47,995 nt of DNA, taken from an uncultured Rhodobacterales bacterium (GTDB lineage: Bacteria; Pseudomonadota; Alphaproteobacteria; Rhodobacterales; Rhodobacteraceae). The notes beneath the pieces are model-generated. The model did not search any database. It was not told the DNA's origin and saw only the letters and a list, made by a program, of their open reading frames with translations. How positions within the stretch are numbered: position 1 is the stretch's first letter; the number at the start of each line of letters is the position of its first letter. Shown here piece after piece: positions 1 through 9,959 of this stretch. Both the position numbers and the translations under genes were made by a program. The stretch covers positions 1-47,995 of the forward strand of contig CAZMKY010000064.1 in the NCBI GenBank assembly GCA_964566835.1, written 5' to 3'.

Positions 1-1517
1 GCCTCCGGAAACAGCTCCGCCACTTCTTCGCCCAAACGCTCCACGCCCGGCCCGACGGGCGCCAGCTTGCCGACGACCTCGCACGAAGGGCAGGCTTCTG
101 GCATCGGCTTGGTCTCGCCGCATTGATGGCACACCAGCCGCTTCAGGAAGCGGTGTTCCACCATGCGTGCGTCACAGTGATCGCATCCGATCTGATGCCC
201 ACAGGCCCGGCAGACCGTCACCGGCGCATAGCCACGCCGATTGAGGAACAAGAGCGCCTGTTCCCCGGCCTCGACACGCTGGCGCACCTCGCCAACCAGC
301 CGGGGCGACACCCAGCGCGACGCGGGCAAATCCTCGCTGCGCATGTCAATCGCCTCCATGCGCGGCATGACGGCGGGGCCAAATCGGCTTTTCAACTCCA
401 GCCGCGCATAGCGCCCCTGATCGACATTGGCCCACGTCTCCAGCGATGGCGTGGCCGAGGCCAGAACCACCTGAGCCCCTTCGATCTGACCGCGAAGCAC
501 CGCCATATCGCGCGCATTGTAAAGGACGCCATCTTCCTGCTTGTAGGACGTGTCGTGTTCTTCATCGACGACGATCAGACCCAGATCGCGAAAGGGCAGG
601 AACAGCGCGGATCTTGCCCCCACAACCAATTCCGCACCACCTTCGCCCACCATGCGCCATGCCCGCCTGCGCTCGGTCATGGTCACACCGTGGTGCCATT
701 CCGCCGGACGCGCCCCGAACCGCGCTTCGACGCGGGTCAGAAACTCTGCCGTCAGCGCGATCTCGGGCAACAGCACCAAGGCCTGCCGCCCTTTCTTCAG
801 GCACGCCGCAACGGCTTCCAGATAAACCTCGGTCTTGCCGGACCCTGTGACGCCTTTCAAAAGTGTCGCCTTGAACGTCTCGTCCTGAATACCCGCCTTC
901 AAGGCGTCCGCGGCCGCCTGCTGCTCGGACGTCAGGTCATACTGGCTCTGGCCCGGATCAAGTCGTGGGTAGGGCAAGTCGCGCGGGCTGGCCTCTTCCT
1001 GAACGACACCTTGCTTGACCAGTCCCTTGATGACGCTGGACGAGGTTCCGGCCATCTCGGCCAACTCGCCCAAGGTGAAGGCCAGTCCACCATAGCTTTC
1101 CAGCGTCTCCAGCACACGGGCACGCGCGTCGGTCATGCGGTCCGGCGCGCCCTCTCCCAACCGGTAGATCGTGCGCATCGACGGCGGATCGCCCAAGCCC
1201 GGTGACCGGGTGGCCAAGCGCAGCATGGCCGGCATGGACGTCAGGGTGTAAGCCGCCGCGCGGGTCAGAAACTCGCGCATGGTCTCGCGCATCGGGACCG
1301 CGTCCAACACCCGGAAAGCCGCCCGAACCTTGGACAGGTCATAGCCACCTTCGCCGTCGCCCCAAACGACACCCAGCACCTTGCGCGGGCCAAGCGGCAC
1401 TTCGACATAGTCACCGATCTGGCACCCGCCTTCCGGCGCCTTGTAATCCAACGTCCGGTCCAACGGCTGCGTCGTCAGAACCGAGATCAGGTCACCGTGT
1501 TGATAGCTGCCATCCAT
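1..1517 (-). CDS. priA: primosomal protein N' (PriA replication-restart helicase); C-terminus cut by window edge
   Basis: Absent from the ORF track because no stop lies inside the window. My reverse-strand translation from the ATG at 1517 reads MDGSYQHGDLISV... It has Walker A LLKGVTGSGKTEVY, a DEEH box (LIVVDEEHD) and PriA zinc-finger cysteines (CRACGHQIGCDHCDARMVEH..LVCHQCG..CPSC). The listed + ORF 123..1205 is its antisense. Confidence 0.9.
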   Translation of the reverse strand, partial: MDGSYQHGDLISVLTTQPLDRTLDYKAPEGGCQIGDYVEVPLGPRKVLGVVWGDGEGGYDLSKVRAAFRVLDAVPMRETMREFLTRAAAYTLTSMPAMLRLATRSPGLGDPPSMRTIYRLGEGAPDRMTDARARVLETLESYGGLAFTLGELAEMAGTSSSVIKGLVKQGVVQEEASPRDLPYPRLDPGQSQYDLTSEQQAAADALKAGIQDETFKATLLKGVTGSGKTEVYLEAVAACLKKGRQALVLLPEIALTAEFLTRVEARFGARPAEWHHGVTMTERRRAWRMVGEGGAELVVGARSALFLPFRDLGLIVVDEEHDTSYKQEDGVLYNARDMAVLRGQIEGAQVVLASATPSLETWANVDQGRYARLELKSRFGPAVMPRMEAIDMRSEDLPASRWVSPRLVGEVRQRVEAGEQALLFLNRRGYAPVTVCRACGHQIGCDHCDARMVEHRFLKRLVCHQCGETKPMPEACPSCEVVGKLAPVGPGVERLGEEVAELFPE

Positions 1518-1527
1518 CACGAACGTT

Positions 1528-2163
1528 TCAGGCGGTTCCGCGCCGCACCGCCGCCGTGGCCAACCCCATTGCAACCAATGCGCCACCACCGACACGTGTC
1601 ATCCATGTCAGCACCCGCGGGCGGGCGATCTTGGCGCGCAGCCGGTCGGCCAGAATGGCATAAGCCAGCGCGTTGATCGCCGCGAAGCCCACAAACGTCA
1701 GAATCAGGATCGCCGCCTGCGGGGCAAAAGCCGCCGAGGGCGATAGAAATTGCGGCACGAAGGCGATGAAGAAAACGATGCTCTTTGGGTTTAGCGCAGT
1801 GACGGCAGCGGCATTCAGGAATGCCTCGCGTCCAGTGATCGGCGTCCTGTCCGCCTTGACCGACAGGCCAGAGCTTCGCCCGGCCGAGGCGATCATGCGC
1901 AGGCCAAGCCAGACCAGATAGACGGCGCCGACCCATTTCAGGACCGTGAAGAGTGTCGCCGACGTCAGCACAAGCGCGCCCAGACCCGCCAAAGATGCAG
2001 TCATTGCAATAAGATCCCCGGCGGCCACACCCAAAGCCGTCGGAACGGCCACGCGTCGCCCCTGCCCCAGCGCATAGGCCAGAACCAAAAGCACGGTCGG
2101 TCCCGGAATGAGCAACAGCGCGATCGACGCACTGGCAAATGCAAACCAAGTCGTCAGATCCAT
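1528..2163 (-). CDS. LysE/RhtB family amino-acid exporter
   Basis: The 211-aa ORF is a multi-TM protein with the N-terminal LLLIPGPTVLL motif typical of the LysE family. Its stop lies 10 nt upstream of the priA start. Confidence 0.85.
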   Translation of the reverse strand: MDLTTWFAFASASIALLLIPGPTVLLVLAYALGQGRRVAVPTALGVAAGDLIAMTASLAGLGALVLTSATLFTVLKWVGAVYLVWLGLRMIASAGRSSGLSVKADRTPITGREAFLNAAAVTALNPKSIVFFIAFVPQFLSPSAAFAPQAAILILTFVGFAAINALAYAILADRLRAKIARPRVLTWMTRVGGGALVAMGLATAAVRRGTA

Positions 2164-2308
2164 GCAGCACCTCCAAAACCTCAGGACTTCCGAGCTATCA
2201 GTCTGCCCCGGTCACTGCAATTCCCGACCGGGACGATCAGCCACTCTTTAGCCTTGCCAAGTTTTGCGCTAACACGCGCCCGAACGCAGCGCCGAAAGGA
2301 CACTCTAA

Positions 2309-2962
2309 ATGAAATTCTTTGTCGATACCGCCGATACGAACGCCATTCGTGACCTTCACGAGCTTGGAATGGTCGATGGCGTGACGACCAACCCGTCGCT
2401 CATCCACAAGTCGGGTCGCGACATCAAGGAAGTGATCGCAGAGATCGCCGAGATGGTCGAAGGACCGGTCAGCGCCGAAACCGTGGCAACGGACGCCGAA
2501 GGCATGATCGCCGAGGGCCACGAAGTGCTGAAGCTGGGCAAGAACATCGCCGTCAAGGTGCCGCTGACGTGGGACGGCCTGAAGGCGTGTAAGCACCTCA
2601 GCGGCGAAGGCCACATGGTCAACGTCACTCTCTGCTTTTCGGCCAATCAGGCGCTTCTGGCTGCCAAAGCCGGCGCGACCTTCATCTCGCCCTTCATCGG
2701 GCGTTTGGATGACCTGAACCTCGACGGCATGGACCTGATCGCCGACATCCGCGAGATCTATGACAACTATGGCTTCGAGACCGAAATTCTCGCCGCATCG
2801 ATCCGCACCGTGAACCACATGACGGAAGCCGCGAAAATCGGTGCTGACGTCGCGACCGCCCCGCCGGAGGTGATCCAGAAGATGGCGTCGCACCCGCTGA
2901 CGGACAAAGGCCTGAAGCAGTTCCTCGACGATTGGGCCAAGACCGGTCAGTCGATCCTCTGA
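2309..2962 (+). CDS. fsa: fructose-6-phosphate aldolase / short (type 3B) transaldolase
   Basis: 217 aa beginning [26 protein letters not shown], with VKVP and [11 protein letters not shown] motifs characteristic of the Fsa/TalC family. Confidence 0.9.
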   Translation: MKFFVDTADTNAIRDLHELGMVDGVTTNPSLIHKSGRDIKEVIAEIAEMVEGPVSAETVATDAEGMIAEGHEVLKLGKNIAVKVPLTWDGLKACKHLSGEGHMVNVTLCFSANQALLAAKAGATFISPFIGRLDDLNLDGMDLIADIREIYDNYGFETEILAASIRTVNHMTEAAKIGADVATAPPEVIQKMASHPLTDKGLKQFLDDWAKTGQSIL

Positions 2963-2989
2963 TCGCTGCGACCAAGTGAACGCAAAAAG

Positions 2990-3019
2990 ACGGCGGCCCT
3001 CGGGTCGCCGTTTTCGTTT
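2990..3019 (+). terminator. intrinsic terminator after fsa
   Basis: ACGGCGGCCC-tc-GGGTCGCCGT forms a stem with one G-U pair, followed by TTTCGTTT and preceded by an A-tract. It sits inside the over-extended ORF 2976.., which supports the later DUF484 start. Confidence 0.7.
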
Positions 3020-3128
3020 GCCGCCCGCGACCTTCGCGCCACAACTCTCTGGTGACGACCGAAATGCAGATGACGTCCCACGCCCCGCTCTGTTAACCTC
3101 TCAAAAAAATGCCAGAGGCAGAGCAGAC

Positions 3129-3830
3129 ATGACCGAACAACGCGATCTCGCGGAGACGATCCGCGCGAAAATTCTATCCGAGCCAGACATGATCCTGGGC
3201 GACGCAGATCTGATGCGGGTGCTGATCACCGCGACCGAAGGGCAGCGCGGCAACAATGTCGTCGATCTGCGCGGTGTTGCGATGGACCGGCTGGAGGCCC
3301 GTCTGACCCGGCTGGAAGACACGCATCAAAGCGTCATCGCCGCCGCCTATGACAACCTTGCCGGAACAAACCAGATCCACCGCGCGGTCCTGAGCCTCTT
3401 GGAGCCGGTTGATTTCGAAGACTTCCTGCACCGTCTGTCAGGCGAAGTGGCCGATATCCTGCGCGTTGGGCGCATCAGGCTTGTCCTTGAAAGCCACGAT
3501 GACGCCGACGACCCGGCCTTGGCCAGCGTCGCCGACATCCTTTCGGTCGCTGAACCCGGCTTCGTCGATGAATACATCACGCTTGGCCGGGACATGTCGC
3601 CACGGCAGGTGACCTTGCGTGGCATAGCGATCAAGGATGGCGGCATCTATGGTGCGGATTGGGTCCGCTCGGAAGCGTTGATCCGACTGGACTTCGGCCA
3701 AGGCCGCCTGCCCGGACTTCTGGCCTTTGCCTCTGATGATCCGGAACAGTTTCAATCCAGCCAGGGCACGGAACTTCTGTCCTTCCTCGGCGGGGTGTTT
3801 GAGCGCGCCATGCGCCGCTGGCTTGGATGA
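3129..3830 (+). CDS. DUF484 family protein
   Basis: Internal ATG (MTEQRDLAETIRAKILSEPD...) of ORF 2976..3830. Its stop overlaps the xerC start as ATGA. DUF484 upstream of xerC is conserved proteobacterial synteny. Confidence 0.75.
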   Translation: MTEQRDLAETIRAKILSEPDMILGDADLMRVLITATEGQRGNNVVDLRGVAMDRLEARLTRLEDTHQSVIAAAYDNLAGTNQIHRAVLSLLEPVDFEDFLHRLSGEVADILRVGRIRLVLESHDDADDPALASVADILSVAEPGFVDEYITLGRDMSPRQVTLRGIAIKDGGIYGADWVRSEALIRLDFGQGRLPGLLAFASDDPEQFQSSQGTELLSFLGGVFERAMRRWLG

Positions 3831-4744
3831 TTCCGGCCGCGACCACTGACGCGCTTGAACGCTGGCTGATCGAATTGAAGGCGCTGCAAAACCGTGCCGA
3901 GGCGACTTGCGAAAGCTATCGTCGCGACGTGTTGGGCTTTGCCGCCTTTGTGCAAAATCACGCCGGGGCACCCGCAACCCCCAAAACGCTTCTGGCGGCC
4001 GGGCTGACGGATGTGCGCGCCTGGATGGCACACGAACGCGACCGGGGCATCGCCGCACGGTCACTGGCCCGCGCCTTGTCGGCGGTCAAAGGCTTCATGT
4101 CTTGGCTGGGCGACCGGGAAGGCAAGGACGTCTCGGATATTCTTTCCGCGCGGGCGCCGCGCTTCCAGCGCAAGCTGCCCCGCCCGGTCAGCGTCAGCGA
4201 CGCTAGGGATCTGCTCAGCACCGTGTCAGAGGACAAGGAGCCGTGGGTCACCGCGCGCGACGCAGCCGTGGTGACGCTGCTTTACGGGTGCGGGCTCCGG
4301 ATATCAGAGGCGCTCTCGCTCAAGCGGAAGGACGCCCCTTTCGGCACCACGCTCCGCATCGTCGGCAAGGGCGGCAAGGAACGCGCGGTGCCTGTTCTGC
4401 CCGCCGCAAAAGACGCCGTGAACCAGTATCTGCAGACGATCCCCTACCCGCTTGAGCCAGAGGGCGCTCTGTTTCGCGGTGTCCGTGGCGGGCAACTTTC
4501 GCCCCGTGTCGTGCAAAAGGCGCTGGAGAACGCCCGGTTGATGCTGGGCCTGCCTGCGTCGGCCACACCGCATGCCCTGCGACACAGCTTTGCAACCCAT
4601 CTCTTGTCCGCCGGCGGCGACCTGCGCGCCATTCAAGAGCTTCTGGGCCATGCCTCCTTGTCGACAACCGAGGCTTATACGGCAGTCGATGGCGCGCGTC
4701 TGATGGACGTCTACCGCGCCGCCCATCCGCGGGCGCGGGGATGA
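3827..4744 (+). CDS. xerC: site-specific tyrosine recombinase XerC
   Basis: 305 aa with the C-terminal catalytic region HALRHSFATHLL..LLGHASLSTTEAYT. It is coupled to the upstream DUF484 gene. Confidence 0.85.
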   Translation: MIPAATTDALERWLIELKALQNRAEATCESYRRDVLGFAAFVQNHAGAPATPKTLLAAGLTDVRAWMAHERDRGIAARSLARALSAVKGFMSWLGDREGKDVSDILSARAPRFQRKLPRPVSVSDARDLLSTVSEDKEPWVTARDAAVVTLLYGCGLRISEALSLKRKDAPFGTTLRIVGKGGKERAVPVLPAAKDAVNQYLQTIPYPLEPEGALFRGVRGGQLSPRVVQKALENARLMLGLPASATPHALRHSFATHLLSAGGDLRAIQELLGHASLSTTEAYTAVDGARLMDVYRAAHPRARG

Positions 4745-4787
4745 CAGCGCGCTTGCGCCCGCTGCCAAGGTCGGCCATGACACTCTC

Positions 4788-5507
4788 ATGACCTCATCCG
4801 AATTCCCCGGCCCCAGCCCCAAATTCAGGGCGCTTTGCGTGCACCTGCTGACCGCCACCGGCGCGGTCTTTGCCATGCTGGCCCTTCTGGCCGCGGCCGG
4901 CAAAGAATGGGACCTGATGTTCCTCTGGCTCGTGGTCGCCTTCTTTGTCGACGGGATCGACGGACCGCTGGCGCGCCACTACGACGTCAAGACGAATGCA
5001 CCGCGCTATGACGGCGTGCTCTTGGACCTGATTATCGACTACCTGACGTACGTCTTTATCCCGGCCTATGCGCTGTTCGCATCCGACCTGTTGCCCGGAT
5101 GGACAGGCTGGTGCGCGATCATCGTCATCACCTACACCAGCGCGATGTATTTCGCCGACAGCCGGATGAAGACGACCGACTATTCGTTCTCGGGTTTTCC
5201 GGGCTGCTGGAACATGGTGGTTTTGGTTCTTTTCGCGATCGAACCCAACTTCTGGATCAGCCTCGCCATCGTCATTGTCTTGGCCGTTCTGATGTTTCTG
5301 CCCGTCAAGTTCGTCCACCCCGTCCGCACCAAGCGCTGGCGCTGGATCACCTTGCCGATGGCGCTGGCGTGGACGTTTTTTGCCGGCTGGGCCGCGTGGG
5401 TCGACTTCGCCCCTGAAAGCTGGGCGCATTGGGGTCTGATCGTAACCAGCGTTTATCTGGTGGGCGCGGGTGCGCTGCAGCAGGTGATCTGGCACGAGAA
5501 ACTTTAG
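4788..5507 (+). CDS. pcs: phosphatidylcholine synthase (CDP-alcohol phosphatidyltransferase family)
   Basis: 239-aa membrane protein with the CDP-alcohol motif DGIDGPLAR...LLDLIIDYL. Size and layout match bacterial Pcs. Confidence 0.8.
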   Translation: MTSSEFPGPSPKFRALCVHLLTATGAVFAMLALLAAAGKEWDLMFLWLVVAFFVDGIDGPLARHYDVKTNAPRYDGVLLDLIIDYLTYVFIPAYALFASDLLPGWTGWCAIIVITYTSAMYFADSRMKTTDYSFSGFPGCWNMVVLVLFAIEPNFWISLAIVIVLAVLMFLPVKFVHPVRTKRWRWITLPMALAWTFFAGWAAWVDFAPESWAHWGLIVTSVYLVGAGALQQVIWHEKL

Positions 5508-5509
5508 GC

Positions 5510-5540
5510 CTCCGGCGGGGGTATTTCCGAACAGAGGAAA
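5510..5540 (+). repeat. dispersed intergenic repeat, copy A
   Basis: CCTCCGGCGGGGTATTTCCGAACAGAGGAAA lies between convergent pcs and ogt. It is nearly identical to 42017..42048 and related to 33424..33452. Confidence 0.5.
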
Positions 5541-5550
5541 GTGCAGCTGC

Positions 5551-6048
5551 TCAGATCAGAAGCGACGCAGCCCCTTCGTGTTTCAGAAGCGCGACCTTGG
5601 CCTCTACGCCGCCTGCGCCGGAAAAGCCGCCCAATCCGTTTGCCGCCAGGACCCTGTGACAGGGCACGATGACCGGGATCGGATTAGCGCCGCAAGCCTG
5701 CCCGATCGCCTGAGGCGACACACCAAGCGCTTCAGCCAGATCGCCATAGGTGCGCGTTTCGCCAAAGGGAATTTCCGTGAGCGCGGTCAGAAAGCGGGTC
5801 TGAAAGTCCGTGTTGCCGAGCTTGAGCGGCAGATCGAAGGTCGTCAAAGCCCCTTCGAAATAGGCCTGCAGCTGATGCACGGCCTCGTTCAGGACGGGCA
5901 AATCGTCAGTCGCATCGCCGAACCAGTCGAGCGCAACGATCCGGGTCCCATCGGCAACCGGTGTCAGGTTGCCGACGGGCGTTTTGAGGCTTTTGCGAAA
6001 CCTAGCCAAGCGCTGCGTCACAGCGGCCGCAGACCGCGTCGTGACCAT
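5551..6048 (-). CDS. ogt: methylated-DNA--protein-cysteine methyltransferase
   Basis: C-terminal half has TRTYGDLAEALG...IPVIVPCHRVL (PCHRV active site). The start is uncertain. The ATG at 6048 overlaps the ileS 3' end, and GTG 6021 or TTG 6009 are alternatives. Confidence 0.8.
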   Translation of the reverse strand: MVTTRSAAAVTQRLARFRKSLKTPVGNLTPVADGTRIVALDWFGDATDDLPVLNEAVHQLQAYFEGALTTFDLPLKLGNTDFQTRFLTALTEIPFGETRTYGDLAEALGVSPQAIGQACGANPIPVIVPCHRVLAANGLGGFSGAGGVEAKVALLKHEGAASLLI

Positions 6049-8911
6049 GCGTGCCAACGTCCGGCAGGATCTTCCAGCAGCGCTGGCATTTTTCGCCGTC
6101 GGCTTGGCGGAAGACAACGGCGATGCCGTCGATTTCGGGCAGTTGGAATGCACCTTCCGGCGCAGCGTCACCCAGAAGCGTCACGTCACTGGTGATCGCG
6201 ATGTCTTCGAAATCGACGGTGCCCAAGGCGTCGCGTGTCGCGGCGTCGGCGACATAGACTTCGGGCGCGGCTTCCAGCGACGCACCGATGACCTTCTCCC
6301 GGCGCTCGATTTCCAGCGCGGCGGTGACCACGCGGCGCACCTTGCGAATACCTGCCCACTTCTCGGCCAAAGCCGCGTCCAGCCACGCCTCTGGCGTCTC
6401 TGGCATGTCGACAAGGTGAACCGAGCTGTCGTCACCCGGGAAGCGCTCCAGCCAGACTTCTTCCATCGTGAAGACGAGGATGGGCGCAAGCCATGTGGTC
6501 AACCGGTGGAAGAGGATATCCAGCACCGTCAGCGCCGCACGCCGTCTGAGGCTGTCGGGCCCGTCGCAATAAAGGGCGTCTTTCCGGATGTCGAAGTAGA
6601 AGGCCGACAGATCCAGCGTCGCGAATTCGAACAGCGCGCGGAATACGCCCTGGAAATCGAACGCGCGATACCCGTCGCGGACGCGGCCATCCAGTTCGGC
6701 CAGACGGTGCAGGACCCAACGCTCCAACTCGGGCATCTCGGACGGCTCCACCCGCGCATCGGTGTAGTAGTGCGCCAGGTTGCCCAACATGAACCGCATC
6801 GTGTTCCGAAGCCGGCGATAGCTGTCCGCCGTGCCTTTCAGGATTTCCGGCCCGATCCGCTGGTCCGCGGTATAATCCGACTGGGCCACCCAAAGTCGCA
6901 GGATGTCGGCGCCATACTGCTTGATGACTTCCTCCGGCACGATGGTATTGCCGATGGACTTGGACATCTTCAGGCCCTTTTCGTCCAACGTCATGCCATG
7001 CGTCACGACATTGCGATAAGGCGCGCGCCCGGTCGTGCCGACCGACTGCAACAGCGACGAATGGAACCAGCCGCGATGCTGGTCGGTGCCTTCCATATAG
7101 ACATCGGCGATGCCGTCTTCGGTGCCGTCCTCGCGGTCGCGCAGAACGAAGGCATGGGTCGATCCGCTGTCGAACCAGACATCCAGAATGTCGAAGACCT
7201 GCTCATAGGCGTCCGGGTCGACATCATTGCCAAGGAAGCGTTCTTTCGCGCCGTCCTTGTACCAGGCATCAGCCCCTTCGGCTTCAAACGCCTCCAGGAT
7301 GCGGGCGTTGACCGCGTCGTTCCGCAAGAGGAAATCGGCGTCGGTCGGCAAGGCCCCCTTCTTGGTGAAGCAGGTCAGCGGTACGCCCCAGGCCCGCTGG
7401 CGCGACAGCACCCAGTCAGGCCGTCCTTCCATCATGGAATAGAGGCGGTTCCGGCCCGACTTCGGCGTCCATTTGACGTTGTCGATCTCGGTCAGGGCGC
7501 GTTCGCGAATGGTCGTCCCGAACCGGTCCTGCCCATCGCCCACCGGCTTGTCGATGGCCGCAAACCACTGTGGCGTATTGCGGTAGATCACAGGCGCCTT
7601 GGAGCGCCATGAGTGCGGGTAGCTGTGCTTGATCTTGCCGCGCGCCAGCAGACCGCCAACCTCGGCCAGCTTGTCGATGATGACCTTGTTCGCGTTCCCC
7701 TCACCGCCCTTGCGGCTGAGGATGTAAGTGCCACCGAAGAAAGGCAGATCTTCGCGGAAGCCGCCGTCATCCATCACGTTGTAGGTGATGACCTGATCCA
7801 GCATGCCAAGATCGCGGTAAAGCTCGTATTCCTCCATGCCGTGCGACGGCGCACAATGCACAAAGCCCGTGCCTTCATCTTCGGTCACGAAGGGCGCAGC
7901 ACGGAAGTCGCGGATGTCGTCCCATTCGCCGTTTGCCCCTTCGGCCCCGGCCAGAGGGTGGGTCAGCTGGATCTTGGCCAGATCGTCTTGGGTGATGTCG
8001 CAGAGACGCCGGTACATCGTTTCGTCCAGACGTGCGCGGCCCAGCACATCGGCTGCCAGTTTGTCGGCAAGGATGTAGCGGTCCCCGATCCGGGCCCAGC
8101 ATTCTTCCGGCCGGCCCGTGACCTCGTACAGCCCGTACGAGATGTCTTCACCGTAAACGACCGCCTTGTTCGACGGCATGGTCCAGGGCGTCGTGGTCCA
8201 GATGACAACGAATGCATTGTCGAGCGTCACGTCACCGGTGTTCACCACCCGGAACTTCACCCAGACGGTAAAGCTTTCCTTGTCGTGATACTCCACCTCG
8301 GCTTCGGCCAAGGCCGTCTTCTCGATCGGCGACCACATGACCGGCTTGGAGCCCTGGTAGAGCGTTCCGTTCATGAGGAATTTCTGGAATTCCGCCGCAA
8401 TGACCCGTTCTGCATGGAACGCCATCGTCAGATACGGATCGTCCCAGTTTCCGGTGATGCCCAGCCGCTTGAATTCCTCTCGCTGAACATCGACCCAGCC
8501 TGCTGCGAAGTCACGGCATTCCTGCCGGAACTCGACGACATCGACTTCGTCCTTGTTCTTGCCCTTCTTGCGGTACTGTTCTTCGATCTTCCATTCGATC
8601 GGCAAGCCGTGACAATCCCAGCCGGGGATATAGCGGCTGTCGTGGCCCATCATCTGATGGCTGCGGACAATCATGTCCTTGATCGTCTTGTTCAGCGCGT
8701 GGCCGATATGAAGATGTCCGTTGGCGTATGGAGGGCCGTCATGCAGCGTGAAAGGCGTGCGGCCCTCTTTCTCGCGCAGGCGGTCATAGACCCCGATCTT
8801 GTTCCACCGGGCCAGCCAGTCAGGCTCGCGCTTTGGAAGGCCTGCGCGCATCGGAAATTCGGTCTCGGGAAGGTTTAGCGTGTCTTTGTAGTCAGGCGTG
8901 TCGGCAGACAT
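6002..8911 (-). CDS. ileS: isoleucine--tRNA ligase
   Basis: 969 aa with HIGH motif (PYANGHLHIGHA), KMSKS (LKMSKSIGN) and a C-terminal zinc-binding CxxC..CxxC. Confidence 0.97.
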   Translation of the reverse strand: MSADTPDYKDTLNLPETEFPMRAGLPKREPDWLARWNKIGVYDRLREKEGRTPFTLHDGPPYANGHLHIGHALNKTIKDMIVRSHQMMGHDSRYIPGWDCHGLPIEWKIEEQYRKKGKNKDEVDVVEFRQECRDFAAGWVDVQREEFKRLGITGNWDDPYLTMAFHAERVIAAEFQKFLMNGTLYQGSKPVMWSPIEKTALAEAEVEYHDKESFTVWVKFRVVNTGDVTLDNAFVVIWTTTPWTMPSNKAVVYGEDISYGLYEVTGRPEECWARIGDRYILADKLAADVLGRARLDETMYRRLCDITQDDLAKIQLTHPLAGAEGANGEWDDIRDFRAAPFVTEDEGTGFVHCAPSHGMEEYELYRDLGMLDQVITYNVMDDGGFREDLPFFGGTYILSRKGGEGNANKVIIDKLAEVGGLLARGKIKHSYPHSWRSKAPVIYRNTPQWFAAIDKPVGDGQDRFGTTIRERALTEIDNVKWTPKSGRNRLYSMMEGRPDWVLSRQRAWGVPLTCFTKKGALPTDADFLLRNDAVNARILEAFEAEGADAWYKDGAKERFLGNDVDPDAYEQVFDILDVWFDSGSTHAFVLRDREDGTEDGIADVYMEGTDQHRGWFHSSLLQSVGTTGRAPYRNVVTHGMTLDEKGLKMSKSIGNTIVPEEVIKQYGADILRLWVAQSDYTADQRIGPEILKGTADSYRRLRNTMRFMLGNLAHYYTDARVEPSEMPELERWVLHRLAELDGRVRDGYRAFDFQGVFRALFEFATLDLSAFYFDIRKDALYCDGPDSLRRRAALTVLDILFHRLTTWLAPILVFTMEEVWLERFPGDDSSVHLVDMPETPEAWLDAALAEKWAGIRKVRRVVTAALEIERREKVIGASLEAAPEVYVADAATRDALGTVDFEDIAITSDVTLLGDAAPEGAFQLPEIDGIAVVFRQADGEKCQRCWKILPDVGTHGHDAVCGRCDAALG

Positions 8912-9117
8912 CGGAGGCGTGTCCTGGATCAGTCAGCATGTAGGATAGGCGATGGGGCGGCGGAGTCGTCTCACGCCTGAAACCCGGCGGCTCTGTGTCA
9001 GAGCGCCGGGCCCGTAATTCGACGAATGATCGTGCGATAGAAACTCATGGCGCTGTCTTAGTCGGACAGGCCGGTAAGGTAAAGCGCGCAAGGGCCAAAG
9101 CCCTGTGCCAAAGGGTG

Positions 9118-9867
9118 TCAGGCCGCCTTGAGGCTGACCTTTGCGGCCTCAAAGCCCGAAAGCTCTGCCATCTTCTCGGGATCGTTCAACCGCAAGCGCC
9201 GCTTTTCCAGCGTGATCAGCCCATCGCGTTTCAGCTGCATGACGGTTCGGTTCACATGAACAAGGCTCAGACCAAGGATATCGGCCATATCAACCTGCTT
9301 CAGCGGCCAGTCGATCCAGCCATCCTGCACCTCGCCGATCTCGTGGCATCGATGCCAGATCTCAAGCATCAGGTGGCAGTGCCGCTCGTAAGCAGACAAG
9401 CGCCCAAGACGGATGATCTGATCCCCCAGGATCGACGTGTCGCGTGCGCTGTTCGTGCCCAACGCATGCGCGATGGCAAGACTGTTGTCCTTCAGCCCAA
9501 GGAAAGCCGCCGAGTTCAACGCTGCGACTTCACCACTGGTCAGGGCAGTCACGTTATAAGTTGTTTCGGCCCTGTAAGGCGCGAATTCACCAATGACGTC
9601 ACCCGGCAGGGCAAGTGCATAGATCTGCCGCCGACCATCGTCGAAAAGGCAGTGCAAGATGAACCAGCCAGATTGAACGACATAGGTCGAGGTTGCTGGC
9701 TGCCCGGCGCGGACAAGGTCGCGCCCCGCGCCAACCTTGATCCGATTGCGTTGGGCATCCATCAGCAGCGTGATGTCTTTCTCGGATAGGGTCCCTGCGC
9801 CGGTCAACCGCCTCAAGAACGGATGAGCGTGCACCACGGAACCAGATTTTGCATTCATATCAGTCAT
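9118..9867 (-). CDS. Crp/Fnr family transcriptional regulator
   Basis: 249 aa with an N-terminal cNMP-like beta-barrel and C-terminal HTH (ADILGLSLVHVNRTVMQLKRDGLI). It has no FNR-type N-terminal Cys cluster. Confidence 0.85.
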   Translation of the reverse strand: MTDMNAKSGSVVHAHPFLRRLTGAGTLSEKDITLLMDAQRNRIKVGAGRDLVRAGQPATSTYVVQSGWFILHCLFDDGRRQIYALALPGDVIGEFAPYRAETTYNVTALTSGEVAALNSAAFLGLKDNSLAIAHALGTNSARDTSILGDQIIRLGRLSAYERHCHLMLEIWHRCHEIGEVQDGWIDWPLKQVDMADILGLSLVHVNRTVMQLKRDGLITLEKRRLRLNDPEKMAELSGFEAAKVSLKAA

Positions 9868-9959
9868 TTGTGACCCTTACAGCTCTCTGCGCGACGTTTT
9901 TCCTCGCTTTGCCAGAGCGCCAAAAAAAATCCCATTTGTTAAAGAAGAACGACTTCAGA

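Noticed and set aside
123-1205. 360-aa + strand ORF at the window start
   Set aside because: The reverse strand encodes a full PriA helicase core with Walker A, DEEH and zinc-finger motifs. The + ORF is its mirror frame.
3827-4744. Tyrosine recombinase as a marker of an integrated mobile element
   Set aside because: It is coupled to DUF484 in the conserved housekeeping xerC context. There is no flanking tRNA, direct repeats, phage genes or compositional shift.
5969-8878. 547-aa and 421-aa + strand ORFs (5969..7612, 7613..8878)
   Set aside because: Both are antisense to ileS, whose HIGH and KMSKS motifs fix the real frame. They are the same high-GC artefact.
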